This document shows positions 12,257 to 28,959 of a DNA stretch of 64,000 nt, in pieces. The stretch comes from the human T2T-CHM13v2.0 reference genome, Homo sapiens: the NCBI RefSeq assembly GCF_009914755.1, contig NC_060939.1. One strand, given 5' to 3'. The translations under genes were made by a program, and so were the position numbers. The notes under the pieces were generated by a model. The model saw only the letters and a list, made by a program, of their open reading frames with translations, was not told the origin of the DNA and made no database searches. Numbering within the stretch: position 1 is the first letter of the stretch; each line of letters starts with the position of its first letter.

Positions 12257-14989
12257 TAATATATAACTCTCAATGCCATAAATTTTCCACTAAATTCTCT
12301 TGTGTTTCATACATTTTGATAAGTTTTGTTTTCATTTAAAGTTTGTTCAAAATATATTTAATTTTTTGCTAAGGTTTCTTCTTTGACCATAGGTTACTCC
12401 AAAGTTTTATTATTTAAGCTCCTTGTATGTTAGGATTTTTCTGTTACCTTTCTGTTACTGATTTCTAGTTTAATTACTTTGTTGTCTGAGAGCAGATGTT
12501 GCATAATTCCTGTTCTTTTTAAGTTGTTAGGTTATGTTTTATCTAAGAGAATGTGGTCTATCTTGCTGAATGTCCCCTAATGGCTTGAGAAGAATGTGTA
12601 CACTGTCCATTGTTGGATGATGTAGTTTATAGATGTCAATTATGTCCACTTGATTGATGGTGCTGTCCAGTTTCACTAGGTCTTTACTGAAAATCTGCCT
12701 TTGGGATTTGGCCATTTCTGACAAAGAGTGTCAAAGTCTTCAACAATAATTTTTTATCTATTTTTCCATCCAGTTCTATCAGTTTCTGCCTCACATAGTT
12801 TGACACTCTGTTTTTAGGCATTTAGATTTTAAGGCTTGTTGTATCGTGTTGGAGAATTAATCTATCTTTATGTAATGCCCTTCTTCATCTGTGATAACTT
12901 GGTGTGCTTTGAAGTCAGCTCGTTGTGAAATTCATATGGCTACTCCTGCTTTCTTTTAATTACTGTTAGCATTAACAGTTTTGTTAGGGTTTTTTAGATC
13001 TATTTACTTTTAATTTATAGGTCATTATATTTAATATGTTTGTATCATATACAACATATAATGTTTTTTTTTTTCATCTGCTCTGGAAGTTTCTATTTTA
13101 AATTTTGCAGTTACACCATTGGCATTTAGAATGCTCATTGAAATAGTTAGATTAATATCTACCTTATTTTCCTCTTTTCTGTTTGTTGCCCTTGTTTTTT
13201 ACAGCAATAACAAAATGGACTGGAGGAAGGAAATAAGATTATTTTCTTATAATCACATTATCTGTGAAATTATACACTGTTATTTAAAAGGGGGCTTAGA
13301 TTCATTGTAAATGCATATTGCAAAGTCTAGGGCAGGCTGTTCCACCAAAGGCCTCAGTTCCTTGCTTGCTATTGGCCAGAGACTGTGCTCAATCCTTCCC
13401 CATCGGCTTCTCTCACACGGCAGCATGCTTCACCAAGGCCGTTAGGGAGAGAGAGAGTTTACTAGCAAGATAGAAACCACAATCTATGTGACGTAATCAC
13501 CTAAGTGACATCCCATCACGTTGTAGTATTCTACTGTTTATAACCAAGCCACATTGCCTGACCACAGTCACTGGGAGGGGATTACAACACCAGGTTGTGT
13601 ACACGAAGAGGTGGGGGTAATCAGGCTCCATCCTAGGGTCTACCTGACACATCAGGTCTTCTCCAATCTGCAACAGTTTTTCAGTCTTCACTTATTTTTC
13701 AGGATCTTGACCTTTTTGAAAAGTACCAGTCAGGCATTTTGTATAATTTCTCACAATATAAGTTTGTTTGATGATTTCTCATGATTAGACTAGAGATATG
13801 GATTAAATTAGACACTTATGTTTATCTAAGATGGAAAATAAGAAAACCAACATGATATATTATTTAGAAATACAGACTCATAGAGAAAGATAATGACAAA
13901 TAAGGGAATGATAAGTAGGGAATTCAAAACACTAGTTCCCATCAGAGTATAAAGAGGATGGAATTAGGGAGATGCATTCATGGAGTGTAAACAGCATTGC
14001 TAATGATCTATTCATCTCAGCTGTGATTTTAACAAAAAGAAACTTTTATTTTAGAGTGGTTTGGGATTTAAAGACTAGTAGCAGAGATAGTACAAAGAAT
14101 TTCCATATACTTGACACAAATTTCCCTTAATATGAACTTCTTTCATTAGTGTGTCTCGTTTACCACAATTAGCAAACCAATGTTACACATTATCATTTAC
14201 AAACATCTACATTCCAATTTTCTTAGTTTTCACTTTTTTCCATGTTCTGTTCTGGGTTCCCATCCAATATACAAGATCACATTTAGATGTCATGTCTGCT
14301 TAGGCTCCTTGGGCTGTAACAGTTTCTCAGACTTTCCTTGTTTTTCATAATATTAGCATATCTCGTTTGAAATTTATTTAATATTTTCCTCATGATTAGA
14401 CTGGAGTTAAGGGTTCTGGGGAGGAAAATCACAGAGAGAAAGTGCCATTCTCATCACATCACATAAGGGCACACACTGTGAACATGTTGCTGTTCATGCT
14501 AATTGTTAATTTGATCCCTTTGTTAGACTTCTCCACTATAAAATTATTCTGTTTTCCCTTTCCATGTTACATTTTTTGAAACGAAGTCACTGGGTAGCAC
14601 ATAGTTAATAAGTGGGGAGTCATCATCTATGTCCTCACAGGCAGAGAATCTATAAAAATTACTGGGAATCTTGCAGCATGGACAGTTTGTCTGCCTCTAT
14701 TTATTGTATATTCATTCACTCATTTATTTATATCACTGCATTATGGGTATTTATTTTAAACTTTACTTATACTATTTTGTTTATTTTCATCCTCGAATTG
14801 TTCCAGTTTGACCACTGGAAAGAGTTTCAGCAGACTCCTGTTTCATTCGGAAACATCCACACCATTGCAATTAGTTTTTTTTGTTTGGTTGGTTGTGTTG
14901 TTGATTAGCATTTTCTTACTTTCTGGCACTATGTGATGCTCCTGGCTAACTGTGTAGATTTCCTTCCTATGCCTAGTATGCACCATTTT

Positions 14990-16240
14990 CTTTTTTTCTA
15001 CTGACAAATAATTGTGTATATTTATAAAGTGCAGTGTGATGCTCTGATCTATGCACAACTGCAGAAAGATTTAACAAGCTAAATAACATTTCAATTACCT
15101 CACCAACTTATTTTTTAGTACAATGAGAACATTAAAAAGCCTATGCTTTTGGCAGTTTTGGAATATACAATACACTTTCATCAATAGTGGTTACCATGTA
15201 GCGCAATAGATCATCAAAACTTATTTCTCCAGTCTAACTGAAACATTCCACTCTGATCAACATCTCCCCATTCTTTGTCCCTTGCCAGACTCCCCAGCCT
15301 CTGGTAATCACCTTTATTTATACTCTCTGTTCCTATGAGATTAGCTTTTATTGGTTTCTACAAATAAATGACATCATACATTATTTGTTTTCCTGGACCT
15401 GACATATTTCGCTTAGTATAACATCCTTCAATTCCATCCTTGTCATGAATGACTAAATGTCCTTCATTTAAGAGGCAAAATAGTATTTCTTTATTAAATT
15501 TTGTTTAGTTTTTATTTTCTTTATTCAATTGATGGACATTTAGGTGCTCCCATGTTTTCACTGTTATGAATAATGCGGAAATGAACGTGGGAATGCAGAT
15601 ATCTCTCCCACGTACCAATTTCAAATCTTTTGGATATATACCCAGAAGTAAGATTGTTGGATCATATGGTAATTTTACTATTTAGTTTTTGAGGAACTCC
15701 TATACCATTTTTCCAAATATCATTTACTTCCCCAGCAACAGTGTACAAGTGTTCCCTTTTCTCCACATCCTTGCCAACACTGGTTAGCATTTGTCTTTTT
15801 GAAAATAGCCATTATAACTGGTGTGAGATGATATCTCATTGTGGTTTTAATTTGCATTTTCCTGATGATCAGAGTTGTTGAGAATTTTTAATATTCATTT
15901 TCACCATTTGTATGTTTTCTTTTGAGAAATGTCTTTTCAGATCATTGGAATTTTTTTGTTGGTTTGCCTTCTTTGTTATTGAGTTGTTCTTGTCTCAGTC
16001 TGTACGTTGTCTCTTCACTGTTAATTTTTTCCTGTGCTGTGCAGAGTCTTTAGTTTGATGCAGTTCCATTTGTCTATTTTTGCTATTATTACCCATGTTA
16101 TTGAGCTCATATGCAGAAACTAATTGCCCAAACCAATGTGATGAAGATTTTCCCCTATGTTTTATTCTATTAGCTTTACAGTTCCATGTATTTTGTTTAA
16201 GTTTTTATCCATTTTGAGTGGGCTTTTTAAATATGGTATG
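14990..16240 (-). mobile_element. Old L1 (L1MA-like) 3' portion
   Basis: ttttggatatatacccagaagt...ttctccacatccttgccaacac...gtgtgagatgatatctcattgtggttttaatttgcatt. Confidence 0.8.
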
Positions 16241-17349
16241 CAATGAAGTGAAAGTGAAAGATATGAAAGTTCTTTTGGTAAGCAATTTCTTTTTTTTAGC
16301 TCATGATTTCTTTGCACTTAATAATTAATGACCATATTTAGAAAGAACCGTCTTAGAGTGTGGTGAAGCAGGAGGGAAGATATGCTACCCATTTGTAAAT
16401 CATTAGGTTCAAAGAAATTTAAGGGCTTGATCTTTGAATGTTGTGGAATTTAGCCTCATTTCCCAGAGAGAAATGGGAACACACTTGTACTTATGTTACT
16501 TAAAATAAATCTACACGTGTTGATAGAAGGCATCTTCTAGTTAGATACTGAGGGGAAAACAAGAGCTATAAAAGTTAGTCCTGACTTTAAGAAGTGTACA
16601 ACTTAGTTGGGGAAAGGGCATTCAATGTCTAAAGAGAATAAGCCTGATGCAGGTGGTCCAAAGGTCAAACTGATAAACTTTGTTCCAAAACAGATGAGTC
16701 TACTTTTCTTCTATTAAAATCCTTAATTGCAGTGCCTAAAATCCTTAACTGCAATGAATATGAGACTTAAAATTAACTATAAGAAACTCTCAGGGGTGCT
16801 AATCGTCAACTAGTCATCTATGAGTGAGTAAAGTGAAGGTGTTGACAGCTCCAAGAGGCCACTCTTCATTACATTCTTTCTTATTTGTGTCATTTTCCAG
16901 TATTAGCCACCACTTATGCTGAAATTGATGACATAAAAAAGGGAAAAAGTGAGAAACCCACTTTTCCTTTTAGTCCCTTCCTACTCATCAGTCAGCTGAA
17001 GAAAGAAAGTTTGGGTAGAATGTGTGCATATTAAGAAGTGACATAAAAACAGTTGAATTATTTTTGTACAGCATTTCTACTGCGATGTTTAAACAAATGA
17101 AAAAAAAAATACATGTGCATATACAAGCTACAAAACAGAAATTGTGAGACTTTTTGGAAATTTTGCATATCAGATAAATGTTCTTATATTTACATGTAAA
17201 ACTAGCACTCTTGTTATAAAAAGGAATGCTAAAATTAATGCTAATAACTTTACATTATACTTTTTATTTACTTAAAAATATTAAATAGCAAATTTTTAAA
17301 AAACTATGAAAGTAGAGAGACTACAGAAAAAAAGAAAAAGCTTCATGTT

Positions 17350-17533
17350 TTATTTATTTATTTACTTAGTTACTTATTTTTAGAGACAGAGTCTCTCTCT
17401 TTCTGTTGTCCAGGTTGGAGTGCAGTGGCACAATCATGGCTTAGTGCAGCCTCAAGCTCCTAGGTTCAAGCAATCCTCCCACCTCAGCCTCCCAAGTAGC
17501 TGGGACTCCAGGTGTATGCCACCACATCTGGCT
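17350..17533 (-). mobile_element. Alu monomer (FLAM/AluJ-like)
   Basis: gagacagagtctc...ggagtgcagtggcacaatcatggct...ctcccacctcagcctcccaagtagctgggac; single arm. Confidence 0.85.
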
Positions 17534-17549
17534 CTTCATTTGTTAGTAC

Positions 17550-18310
17550 TGTACTACTTTCTTAGGGCTTCCATAATAAAATATAGCAGTCCCTCGGTAT
17601 CTGATGGGAATCGGTTCCAGAACCCCTGTGAATACCAAAGTCCGCAAATGCTCAAGTCCTTTATATAGAATGGCTTAGTATTTACATATAACCCACATAC
17701 ATTCTCCTGTATACTTAAAATCAACTTTAGATTACTTGTAATACCAAATACAATACAAATGCATTGTAAATAGAAGTTACACTGTATTTTTTCATTTGTA
17801 TTATTTTTCATTGTATTGTTATTTTAGACTTCCAGTTGGTTGAATGCATGGATGTGGAACCTGTAGATATGAAGGACCAACTGTACCACAAACTGTATGG
17901 TATAACCAACATAAATTGATTCTTTTACAATTCTGGAGGATAAAAGTCTGAAAATCAATATGTTGGCAGGGTCTTGTTCTCTCCAAAGGCTCTGAGGAAG
18001 CATCATTCCTTGCTTCTTTTGGTTTCTGATGGTTGTCAACAACCCTTGGCATTCTTTGACAGCACATCTGCATCACTTCACTCTCTGCCTCCATCATCAC
18101 ATGGCTATCTTCCCTCTCTTTGTATGTTTGTTTCCAAATCTCTTTCTCCTTTTAAGAATAGAAGTCGTTAGTTCTTGCACCCTAACCCAGGACAACTTCA
18201 TCTTAACTTGATTATATCTAGAAAAAAATACTAACTCTATTTCCAGATAAGGTTACATTCACACATTCCAGGTGAACATTAATTTGCAGAAATGCTATTC
18301 AACTCAGTGA
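17550..18310 (-). mobile_element. MLT1-type MaLR LTR split by a MER2 insertion
   Basis: ttagggcttccataataaaata|ccacaaactg...ttctggagg...ctctgaggaagcatc...ctatttccagataaggttacattc. Confidence 0.65.
17584..17883. mobile_element. MER2 (Tigger/Tc1-mariner non-autonomous DNA transposon)
   Basis: gtccctcggtatc...ggttccagaacccc...gctcaagtcctttatata...ggaacctgtagatatgaaggaccaactg, flanked by TA. Confidence 0.8.
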
Positions 18311-19099
18311 AAATGCCTTTAACAGCATTTTTTCCTTATATTTTGAACAAGGCACCCTGAATTTTCATTTTCCCTAGGCTTTACCCATTCTAGCCAGCCC
18401 TGATTGTCACCTTGTCATTGATAGAGCCCATGTTGGAAAATATGGTTTAATGAGACAGACAAATGAGTCTGCTAGCTCAACTCCAGAATTATACAGACTT
18501 GCCCACTCTGTTGCAGCCAGTTGCTTCTAGACAGGCCCATGGGAAAGAGGCATGCCCATAAAAGACACATGCCTATGTAGCATGGAGGAGCAGAGACTTT
18601 TGTCTCTATAGGAAGGCTTACTCCTAAGATGAAGAAAATAAGAGCAGAACAAAGCATGGCCAATTGTTCATTCCAACTTTCTAGTCAGGCCATTTCATCT
18701 ACCCAGGATTAGAGGTCAAAAAGTATACTAGTCAAACTCCCTTTACAAGGAAGCAACATTAAAAATGAAAATAAAATTTTTAAAACAATCCCCTGCTTTT
18801 GACTCTTTTAATTAATTGAACTATGCCTTTAAGCCTGTAGCCAATGAAGTATGGCTATCTCCTTCAGAAAAAACGGATCAGAAGTTTACCAGGATATCAC
18901 TGCTCTCATTTCATGTAGCTACTCATTTGGGTGCCTCCTTGGACTGCTGGTGAGCAACCTAGATTTAAGTCCCTGAACTCTCTGAAATGGATGAGAAAAT
19001 GCATTAATTCAATCAAATCCAATGTGAAAATCACACTTCTATTTGCCATCCTAAAATGCAGCTAGCCACAGAAATATGACAGTTATAGGGCATAAACCT

Positions 19100-21050
<1,951 letters not shown>

Positions 21051-24000
21051 TGTCACTCTTGTTGATTAGTCCTTTCATTGAACCTTTTAATGTGTTCTTC
21101 ACATTCATTGATAATAGGACAAAGACCATTCATTCTTCAATGCCATTATTTTTCACCCACATTCTAAAGACAGTTTCTACGATACCACCAAAAACTTATT
21201 GTTAAACGCAACGTAATAACACAGAAAAATCTTGGAGTTTAGAGTTCATCAGGACTTCATTGGAATTCTGGTCCACAATGTATTCGTTTTTGGATCTTGG
21301 ACAACCATCTTAAGCTCTGCAAGTCTTAGGGTAGTGAGTTTATCCCATTACCTTCACCTGTAATATAATCACATTACAATTTTGATTTAAACTCAAGCTT
21401 AGACCAAAAGCTAGGTTTTCTGTGACTTCTCCCCTGATTAACTCACAAGCCATCTCTCCCTTATTCAAATGGCTTATCTTATGAAAATCCCATAAGCGCT
21501 TTTATGCCTCCTTTGAATTAGTATAGTATTTCTTGTTTGTATCACTTATATGTCAGTTGCCACTTTGTAACTAGAAATAATTTCTTCTATTTGTTCATGT
21601 CTTGGCACTTTCTTAAGAATGTGTTCCTCTGGAAGAAAAGTCATGTCTATCTGCTAATTAATCTATTGTATATTTATTGACTGTTTCCTAGACATTGTGT
21701 TAGGTTCTGTTTATAGATGATAGTGAAATATAATTCCTCCTCAGAAAGTCACAGTCTTTTTGGGAAAATAGATAAATCAAGCAGCCTATGTATCAAATAG
21801 TTTTGCATTTCCCACAGATAAAGTGATTAATAGGTACAATAAATTCATGTATCATAAGTAAATATATAAATGCTTATTTGGTATTAAAATCCAGTTAACC
21901 ACTTTTCTATTTTGAAATAGAAATTTTCTATTTTCTCCTTGGTTTGCTCCTTGCTATCTGGTATAAACTTCAGATAGCAAGAAGCAAACCTCAAGAGGTT
22001 CAGAACTTTAGTTCTGAGAAGTATCTAGAAGTTCAGGTGATTACTTGGCATTTATACAACTTGCTTTACATGAAAATACAGCTGTAAATCTCACAAGGTT
22101 AGGTGATCTTTTAAGAATTTCAATATGTTCTGCTATTTGTTGGAAGACCTGTAAGAATAGCCCAGCTTTAAAATGCAATTTAATATACAACAGGCTATGT
22201 GTTAGCTAAATGAGCTCAAGAAATGAAGGAAATATGTTTTAGTTCCATCTATTTTGGACCCCCAGTCGAACCATCCACTTCTGCTCTATCTCTGCCATTT
22301 TATCTTCTATAAAATGGAGGAAGCTCTAAAGACATAAAGAGATGCTACACAGCTTCATATGTAATTGTCTTTATTTGTTTTAGAATACCAATGACATATA
22401 AACAACTACTACAATACCAATGACATAAAAACGACTACTACGAAGAATCAAGTATTTTTTGAGTCAAGTAGGACTCTGTCAAAACAAAGAGAAGTAAAGG
22501 GACCCCAAAATGACTATGACTTTCTCAAGGGGACACAATTATTTTTTGATAGATCTGGAACAAGAACCTAGATATCCTCAATCCCACTTTATTGTTCTTT
22601 CATTGGGTTCTGAACACAGATAAATAAACAGAAAATAAAATTCTTGTCTTCTACATAACTGGTGCAGGTCCTGGCAAGATTGAAATTGGAATACTGAGTA
22701 TTAAGAAGTAATTGAAAAATTGTGAAAGCTAAATGATACATACCAGGTACATAGGAATGTGTAGCACCTGAAGATGATTCTATAGGTGAGCAGAACTGGT
22801 AATTCAATGTGTGTGTGTACTGTAGTTTACAACAGGATAGTTAAATTTCATTTTCTGATACCTTGAAGGCTCCTCCCAAACATACAACACTAAATAAATA
22901 TTTAAACTAGATCACATTTAGTTCTGCATGCTTATATACATCAATAAATAATTTGTTTTAGTTACCTTGATTTTTAATTTATACTTGGTTATTTCCAAAC
23001 ACAAAACAGAGGCTGGACATAGGTATATGGGAGGCTGCAGAGATAAAATAAGCTCACTTTATTCACTGCCAAAAGTAAGATCCTAACAACCTCTACATAC
23101 CTGAATGTGTTCAGACCAACTATCTTCATTTTACAGGCAAGCCTTCTGGAAAAATCAAGCTGAAGAAATCTTAATTGCCCAATGTCCCTTATCTGTTTCA
23201 ATAAGTATAATTATATAATATCAGAATTCTTCTGAGTGACAGAGAAAGGCAGCCTGGCTGAACATCCCCATGGCCATAATGCAGATATGATGGTCTCCAG
23301 CTATTTTAGAAAGACTGGAGCCTACTATTCCCATTACTTATCTTAATAGAGAATAACATTTAATATTCTCTATGTTTTGTGCTGGATAAATCTTTTTCCC
23401 TTTATTAAAATGAATGACCCATAACTGAGTCTGTAGTTTGTACATTGTTGGAAGCTGAATAAATCTCTGTGGGTTACCAGAATCTTATTAATAAGTCACA
23501 GCTTTCTAGGGAGGATCTGCTCAAAAACTCAAAGTTTAGTTTTACATTTATAACTAAATTATGATACAACCTTGAGCAAGTTAAGCTCATCTGTAAATGA
23601 AGAATACTGATACTTGCTACTTCAAAGGGCTCTTGTAAAGCGTTCAATAAATTAATAGAGGTGTATACACATGCATATATTTTAATACTTACACATACTT
23701 TAAAAGAACCCTACATAATCCACTACAAAAATTTTGTGATGTGTCTCCCTAAACTAGTTCCCAACTACCCTGTTAAAATTATTTAAATGAACAAAAATCT
23801 ATATATTAAGATACACATCAGAGAACTCCAAATACTGCTTCTCACAGTACCCTGTCCCAGCCATGCTGCCTTCCTCTTCACACAAATCTTCAATTCAGAA
23901 ACCCTAGGGATTAATTCACTAATCAACCCACACCTTAATTCATTCAAGAAAATTATTGATACCCTACTAAATGTCAGGTACTGGTTTACAGGTATATTCA

Positions 24001-24626
24001 AGGAATATTAGCGAAAAAGAAAAAGTAAATATTCCTACCTTCTATTTGGGTGGGGGGGAGTAAACAAATGAATATGCAAATACATAAACATAAGTGTACA
24101 CATGTAAATTAAATTTAAATAAATAGGTAAAATAAACAGTATATCAGATATGTCCTAGAAAGAAATATAATGCAGGGAAGGGAGTTGAAGAGTGTCAGTT
24201 GGTGTGGGGGTTGCAATGTGAAATTATGTGGAAGGTGAAATTTAAGAAGAAACATAATGGGATCCTAGGAAACAATGATGTGTATGTCTGGAAAATGAGT
24301 GTTAGAAAAGAAATGGTAAAGAAAACAGTCAGATGGGACAGCCATGGGCAAAAGTGTTCATATAGTATTCAGGTAACAGAAAGGATGATGTCACTGTGTA
24401 GGGGAAAGAGGGATCAGAGTGGAAAGAAGGAAATGAAGTCAGAAAGGAAATGGAGAGCTCAGATTGCTAGGGTTTTGGAAGCATTTTGAGTACTTTGGCT
24501 TTTGCTTTGAGTAAGCCATTGAAGAGGCTTGGGTGATATTATCTGACTTACGTTTCAACAGGATCTCTCTTGGAGATCATTTTGATTAGAGACTGTAGGA
24601 AATTAAGGACAAGATTGGGGAGACCA

Positions 24627-24930
24627 GGCTGGGCACGTTGGCTCACACCTGTAATCCCAGCACTTTGGGAGCCCAAGGTGGGTGGATCATTGAGGTCAGG
24701 AGTTGGAACCAGCCTGGCCAAGATGGTGAAGCCCCATCTCTACTAAAAATACAAAAATTAGCTGGGCATGGTGGCAGGTGCCTGTAATCCCAGCTACTCA
24801 GGAGGCTGAGGCAGGAGAATCACTTGAATCCAGGAGGCGAAGGTTGCAGTAAGCCGAGATCGCGCCACTGCACTCTAGCCTGGATGACAGAGCAAGACTC
24901 CATCTCAAAAAAGAAAAAAAAAAAAAAAAA
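24627..24930 (+). mobile_element. AluS
   Basis: ggctgggcacgttggctcacacctgtaatcccagc...gagcaagactccatctc-polyA. Confidence 0.96.
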
Positions 24931-24994
24931 GATTGGTTGATTCAAACAAGCGATTTACTCAAAGATGTGCCTTCTACTCAGTAAAGACATAGAT

Positions 24995-25189
24995 CAGGGG
25001 TTAGCCAAAAATGACCCACAGATCATTTTGTATGTCCTGTGAGCGAATAATGATGATTACATTTTAAAAGTGTTCCTGAAGAATAAAAGGGAGGAGGTAA
25101 AAGAGGAGGAGGAAGAGGAGCTAAAGAAACTGCATTTGGCCCACAAAGACTTAAATATTTAAAACCTAGAAAATGTTTGCCAAAACCTG
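24995..25189. mobile_element. MER58-like hAT DNA transposon remnant
   Basis: caggggttagccaaa...ggcccacaaag...aatattt...gtttgccaaaacctg with terminal inverted similarity. Confidence 0.5.
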
Positions 25190-26007
25190 AAATAAAGCAT
25201 CTGACTTTTCTTGAGGAAGTAGGTCCTCAATAAAATTGGAAAGAGGAATACATGAGTAAATTAGTTGCTGAAAATATTGTGAAGTAATAGATATCGAGAA
25301 ATATCTATGGCTTCATCCCCACCCTCAAAAACAATGCCATTCATTTCCATTGAGCTAATGAAAAATGCAGTTTGGTTTTCAAAACAGTTAACCAAAAAAC
25401 ACGGTCTTACATAAAAAAAATCATAAAATTTATATAGCAACAAAAAAGCATTTTCACAGAAATTAAAATTTTACAAAGCATTTCTATATCGATTATGTAA
25501 TTTAATCTTCCAATCAACTCCATGGGATAGGTACTATTTCCCCATACAGAAATTACCATATCCTAAATCCTTAGTGATTGATTCCTCAAGAAAAATTAAA
25601 GTCTTGAATGCTACATCTGTTAATACTAAGGGTAGTTTTCTCCTATGGGAAGGTTGGCTTCTAGAATGAACAGGAACTTTCAGTTCAAGGTGACAGACCA
25701 GGAACACATATTTACTTTGTGTTCCTCCTGAAATTGTACTTAAATAAAAGTATACAAATACCAAAATGTAGTAGACCAACGAAAGCCAAGAGATTGTGGA
25801 AGTCATCAACCACAGAAAGGTGTTGATACATTTCTGAAAAGCAAAAAGTTAACTGGAGAGGAAATAGATGAAACAACCAAGGAAAGGCTACTCTAAGAAG
25901 TAGCAGCACAAAGTCTGTCTGTCCTTGCTGAGCCCTGGTTACAGTAAAGGGCGGAAGAGTGTGGACAAATGTGAATCTGAAAGAGCCAATTCTTCTAAAT
26001 CAATCCT

Positions 26008-26118
26008 GTGTGGCTAACTGGGCGTAAATTTAAAATACAGCCCAGCAGCCATTTGCTGACTAGAGTTTATACCTGCACTGGCCAATTGGAACTAAGCCAA
26101 TGTCTTTCTTTCTCTTTT

Positions 26119-26149
<31 letters not shown>

Positions 26150-26626
26150 GAGACAGAGTCTCACTCTGTCACCCAGGCTGGAGTGCATTGGCATGATCTT
26201 GGCTCACTGCAACCTCTGCCGCCTCACCCAGTGAAGTAGCTGGGATTACAGGTGTGCACCACCACACCCAGCCAATTTATTTATTTATTTATTTATTTTT
26301 GTAGTTTTAGTAGAGACAGGGTTTCACTGTGTTGCCCCGGCTGGTCTCAAACTCCTGATCTCAAGTGATCCATTCACCTGGGCTTCCCAAACTGCTGGGA
26401 TTACAGATGTGAGCCACCACAGTGGGCCAGAACTAAGCCAGTTTCAAACCTTCATTTGCCTAAAGAAACTTATGTGGGAACCTGGACAGCGAACTTTTGC
26501 TATAAAACCCAAGTCTTCCCTTTGTTTTCTGGAATGCACCTTTGTTTTGCAACAGAGGATGCAAACACTTCACTGGAATAAAGTCTCTTTCCTCCACATT
26601 CCTTTTTCAGATAACTTTTCTTCACG
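26008..26626 (+). mobile_element. Solo LTR remnant (family uncertain) interrupted by an Alu
   Basis: tgtgg start, CCAAT, ctataaaa, ggaataaagtctc and a ttcttcac(g) end give LTR-like organisation. Confidence 0.45.
26104..26428 (-). mobile_element. Alu (old, internal deletion)
   Basis: polyT-gagacagagtctcactctgtcacccaggctgg...gagccaccac. TSD gaactaagcca on both sides. Confidence 0.9.
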
Positions 26627-28529
26627 AGAGAGGAGACTGAAATTATTTTAGGGAAAAAAGTTCATTTAATGAGGTTCATGAGTCAATAAAGTCCAAAGGA
26701 TTCAGTGTGTCCTCACATTAACTCTGTATGACTTACAGTGGGTTGTTGGTGAAAGTGTTCAACTATAGGGTGCTAGGTATGGTTTATTGTCACTACCACA
26801 ATTCTATACAAAGCTAGCCACCCAGAGATTCATTTGATATGACTGGAGATTGGTGCTTTAAAAAATTATTAAATTACAAGTAATCTCACCTGGCAACTAT
26901 AAATTGTTGCTATTATCACAGTATTTATATAATTATTAAATTAAATTTTTGGAAAATATTTTGCCTTGACAAATTTCATCTCAACATGTTTGCGTCTGCC
27001 AAGTCAAAATTTGATCTCAGAATAATCAGTTGCCATCTAATGTTATTTTGCCTCACAAACACAAGGAAGATTTTATATTCAAAAAAAGCATCTATTCCCA
27101 TTTGACAAGAAAAATAAAGAGGTGGATTTTTCTGGAATAACCTTGTCCAAATTTCCTTTTATTGTCCTGAAGCCCCAATATTCATTATTTGTTTAATGCA
27201 TTTTTCCTGTTTGGGGGAAAATGCTGTAATTTATTGTTTTCAAATAAGCCTGACATTTGATTTTGTTTCAGAGTTCTTGTAGGAAATCTTTGTCCAAAAC
27301 TTGTACCAGATTGTTCTTTTTGTTTAAACAAATAAAATCAAGAGATTATTTTCTATTAAACTCTCCTCAAATGATATCAAGAGATTACAGTTAAATGCCA
27401 TAATTGTAAACAATTTCTCGGTTCCCTGAGAGGTTAGGAAGGACTTATAATATGTCTCCTCTTTTTAAACAGAATTTGGGTCTGAGCAAAACTTTGTGTC
27501 CTAGAAACATAAGCTTTGTTGGGTATGGAAGCCCACATTTACTCTGACATAGTATAAAATATATGAACAGGGGGATAAAAAGGATTTTGTAGTATGTTAA
27601 CTAGGTTTGATGTTATTTTAAATCGATTTTTAAACTAAAAAATACATTAAAATATTTTTACTGATCTCTGATTCTTGGTTCTGAACCTTCCACATGTCCT
27701 ATGTCTGGCACACAACATTAGCCCAAAGAGAGCAAAGCAGTCCAGTTAAATAAACCAAAGAAACAAGATTAAAACTAGATAAGGTCATGTGTAGGATTTT
27801 CCAAATCTTTCTTGTCATGCTGAAACTTCCAGCTCTTAAAACAGTAACACATATTTCCTTTGTCCTAAAAACCAATATTAAGTCTCCTTCCTTGGGCATA
27901 AGAATATGGATAGTTATACTTAGGTGACAGTAATGTGTGGTAAAGAGTGGGCCTTGCTGGCATGCGGACAATGACCAAATTGTATTGATCATATTTTAAT
28001 CGAATACATTGCTCCACTACTGACTTGCAAATACATGATGAATTTGCTTTCTAACATATTCCAAGAAGGCCAGAGAACTGGCTTATCCATTTGGATTAAT
28101 CCACTGGTGAATTTCTTTCGGGATAGGCCAAAATGGATCTGGACTATAATCTTTACATATTTAGATCCTTCAAACTAGACCAAAAAGGAAATCTGGGCTG
28201 CAAGGCTCAATTAGAAGAACAGTGTGGGATGCTGCTTTGCTGACTATTGGGGGTCGCTGCCCCATGTCTTCAGAGGAGACTGGAGCCCAGTGCCTGCCAT
28301 GACCAACTTATGAGGTGAAGTAAGGGCTTCCCCCTAGGAACGCATGTGCTTAATACAGATGTGCTGTGTGCTAGGTACCCTAAGGACTACAGGAAATAAT
28401 AAGAATACATGATGTGTCCATAACAAGGAGGCACACAGGCCACGGCACCAGCTCTGGAATCACACAGCCCAGGTTCGAAGCCTGGCTAGGCCACTGTCAT
28501 ATCAATGACCCAAGGAGCAAGCAGCCTAA

Positions 28530-28868
<339 letters not shown>

Positions 28869-28959
28869 TAAATGTTGTTTAAAACAAATTTGTGAAAAGA
28901 AGTGAAGAGGCCCTGCCTGCCAGGAAGAGATGTGGTAGGGCGTAGCATCTAGTCAGGAC

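Noticed and set aside
22384-22441. 29-bp tandem duplication (also the 43-bp duplication at ~55538..55636 and (TATC)n at ~53870..53900)
   Set aside because: Ordinary slippage repeats with no further structure.
26650-28250. Possible decayed ERV-internal or pseudogene sequence upstream of NPAP1
   Set aside because: Only a vague resemblance, with no translatable motif I can support. Needs a Dfam search.
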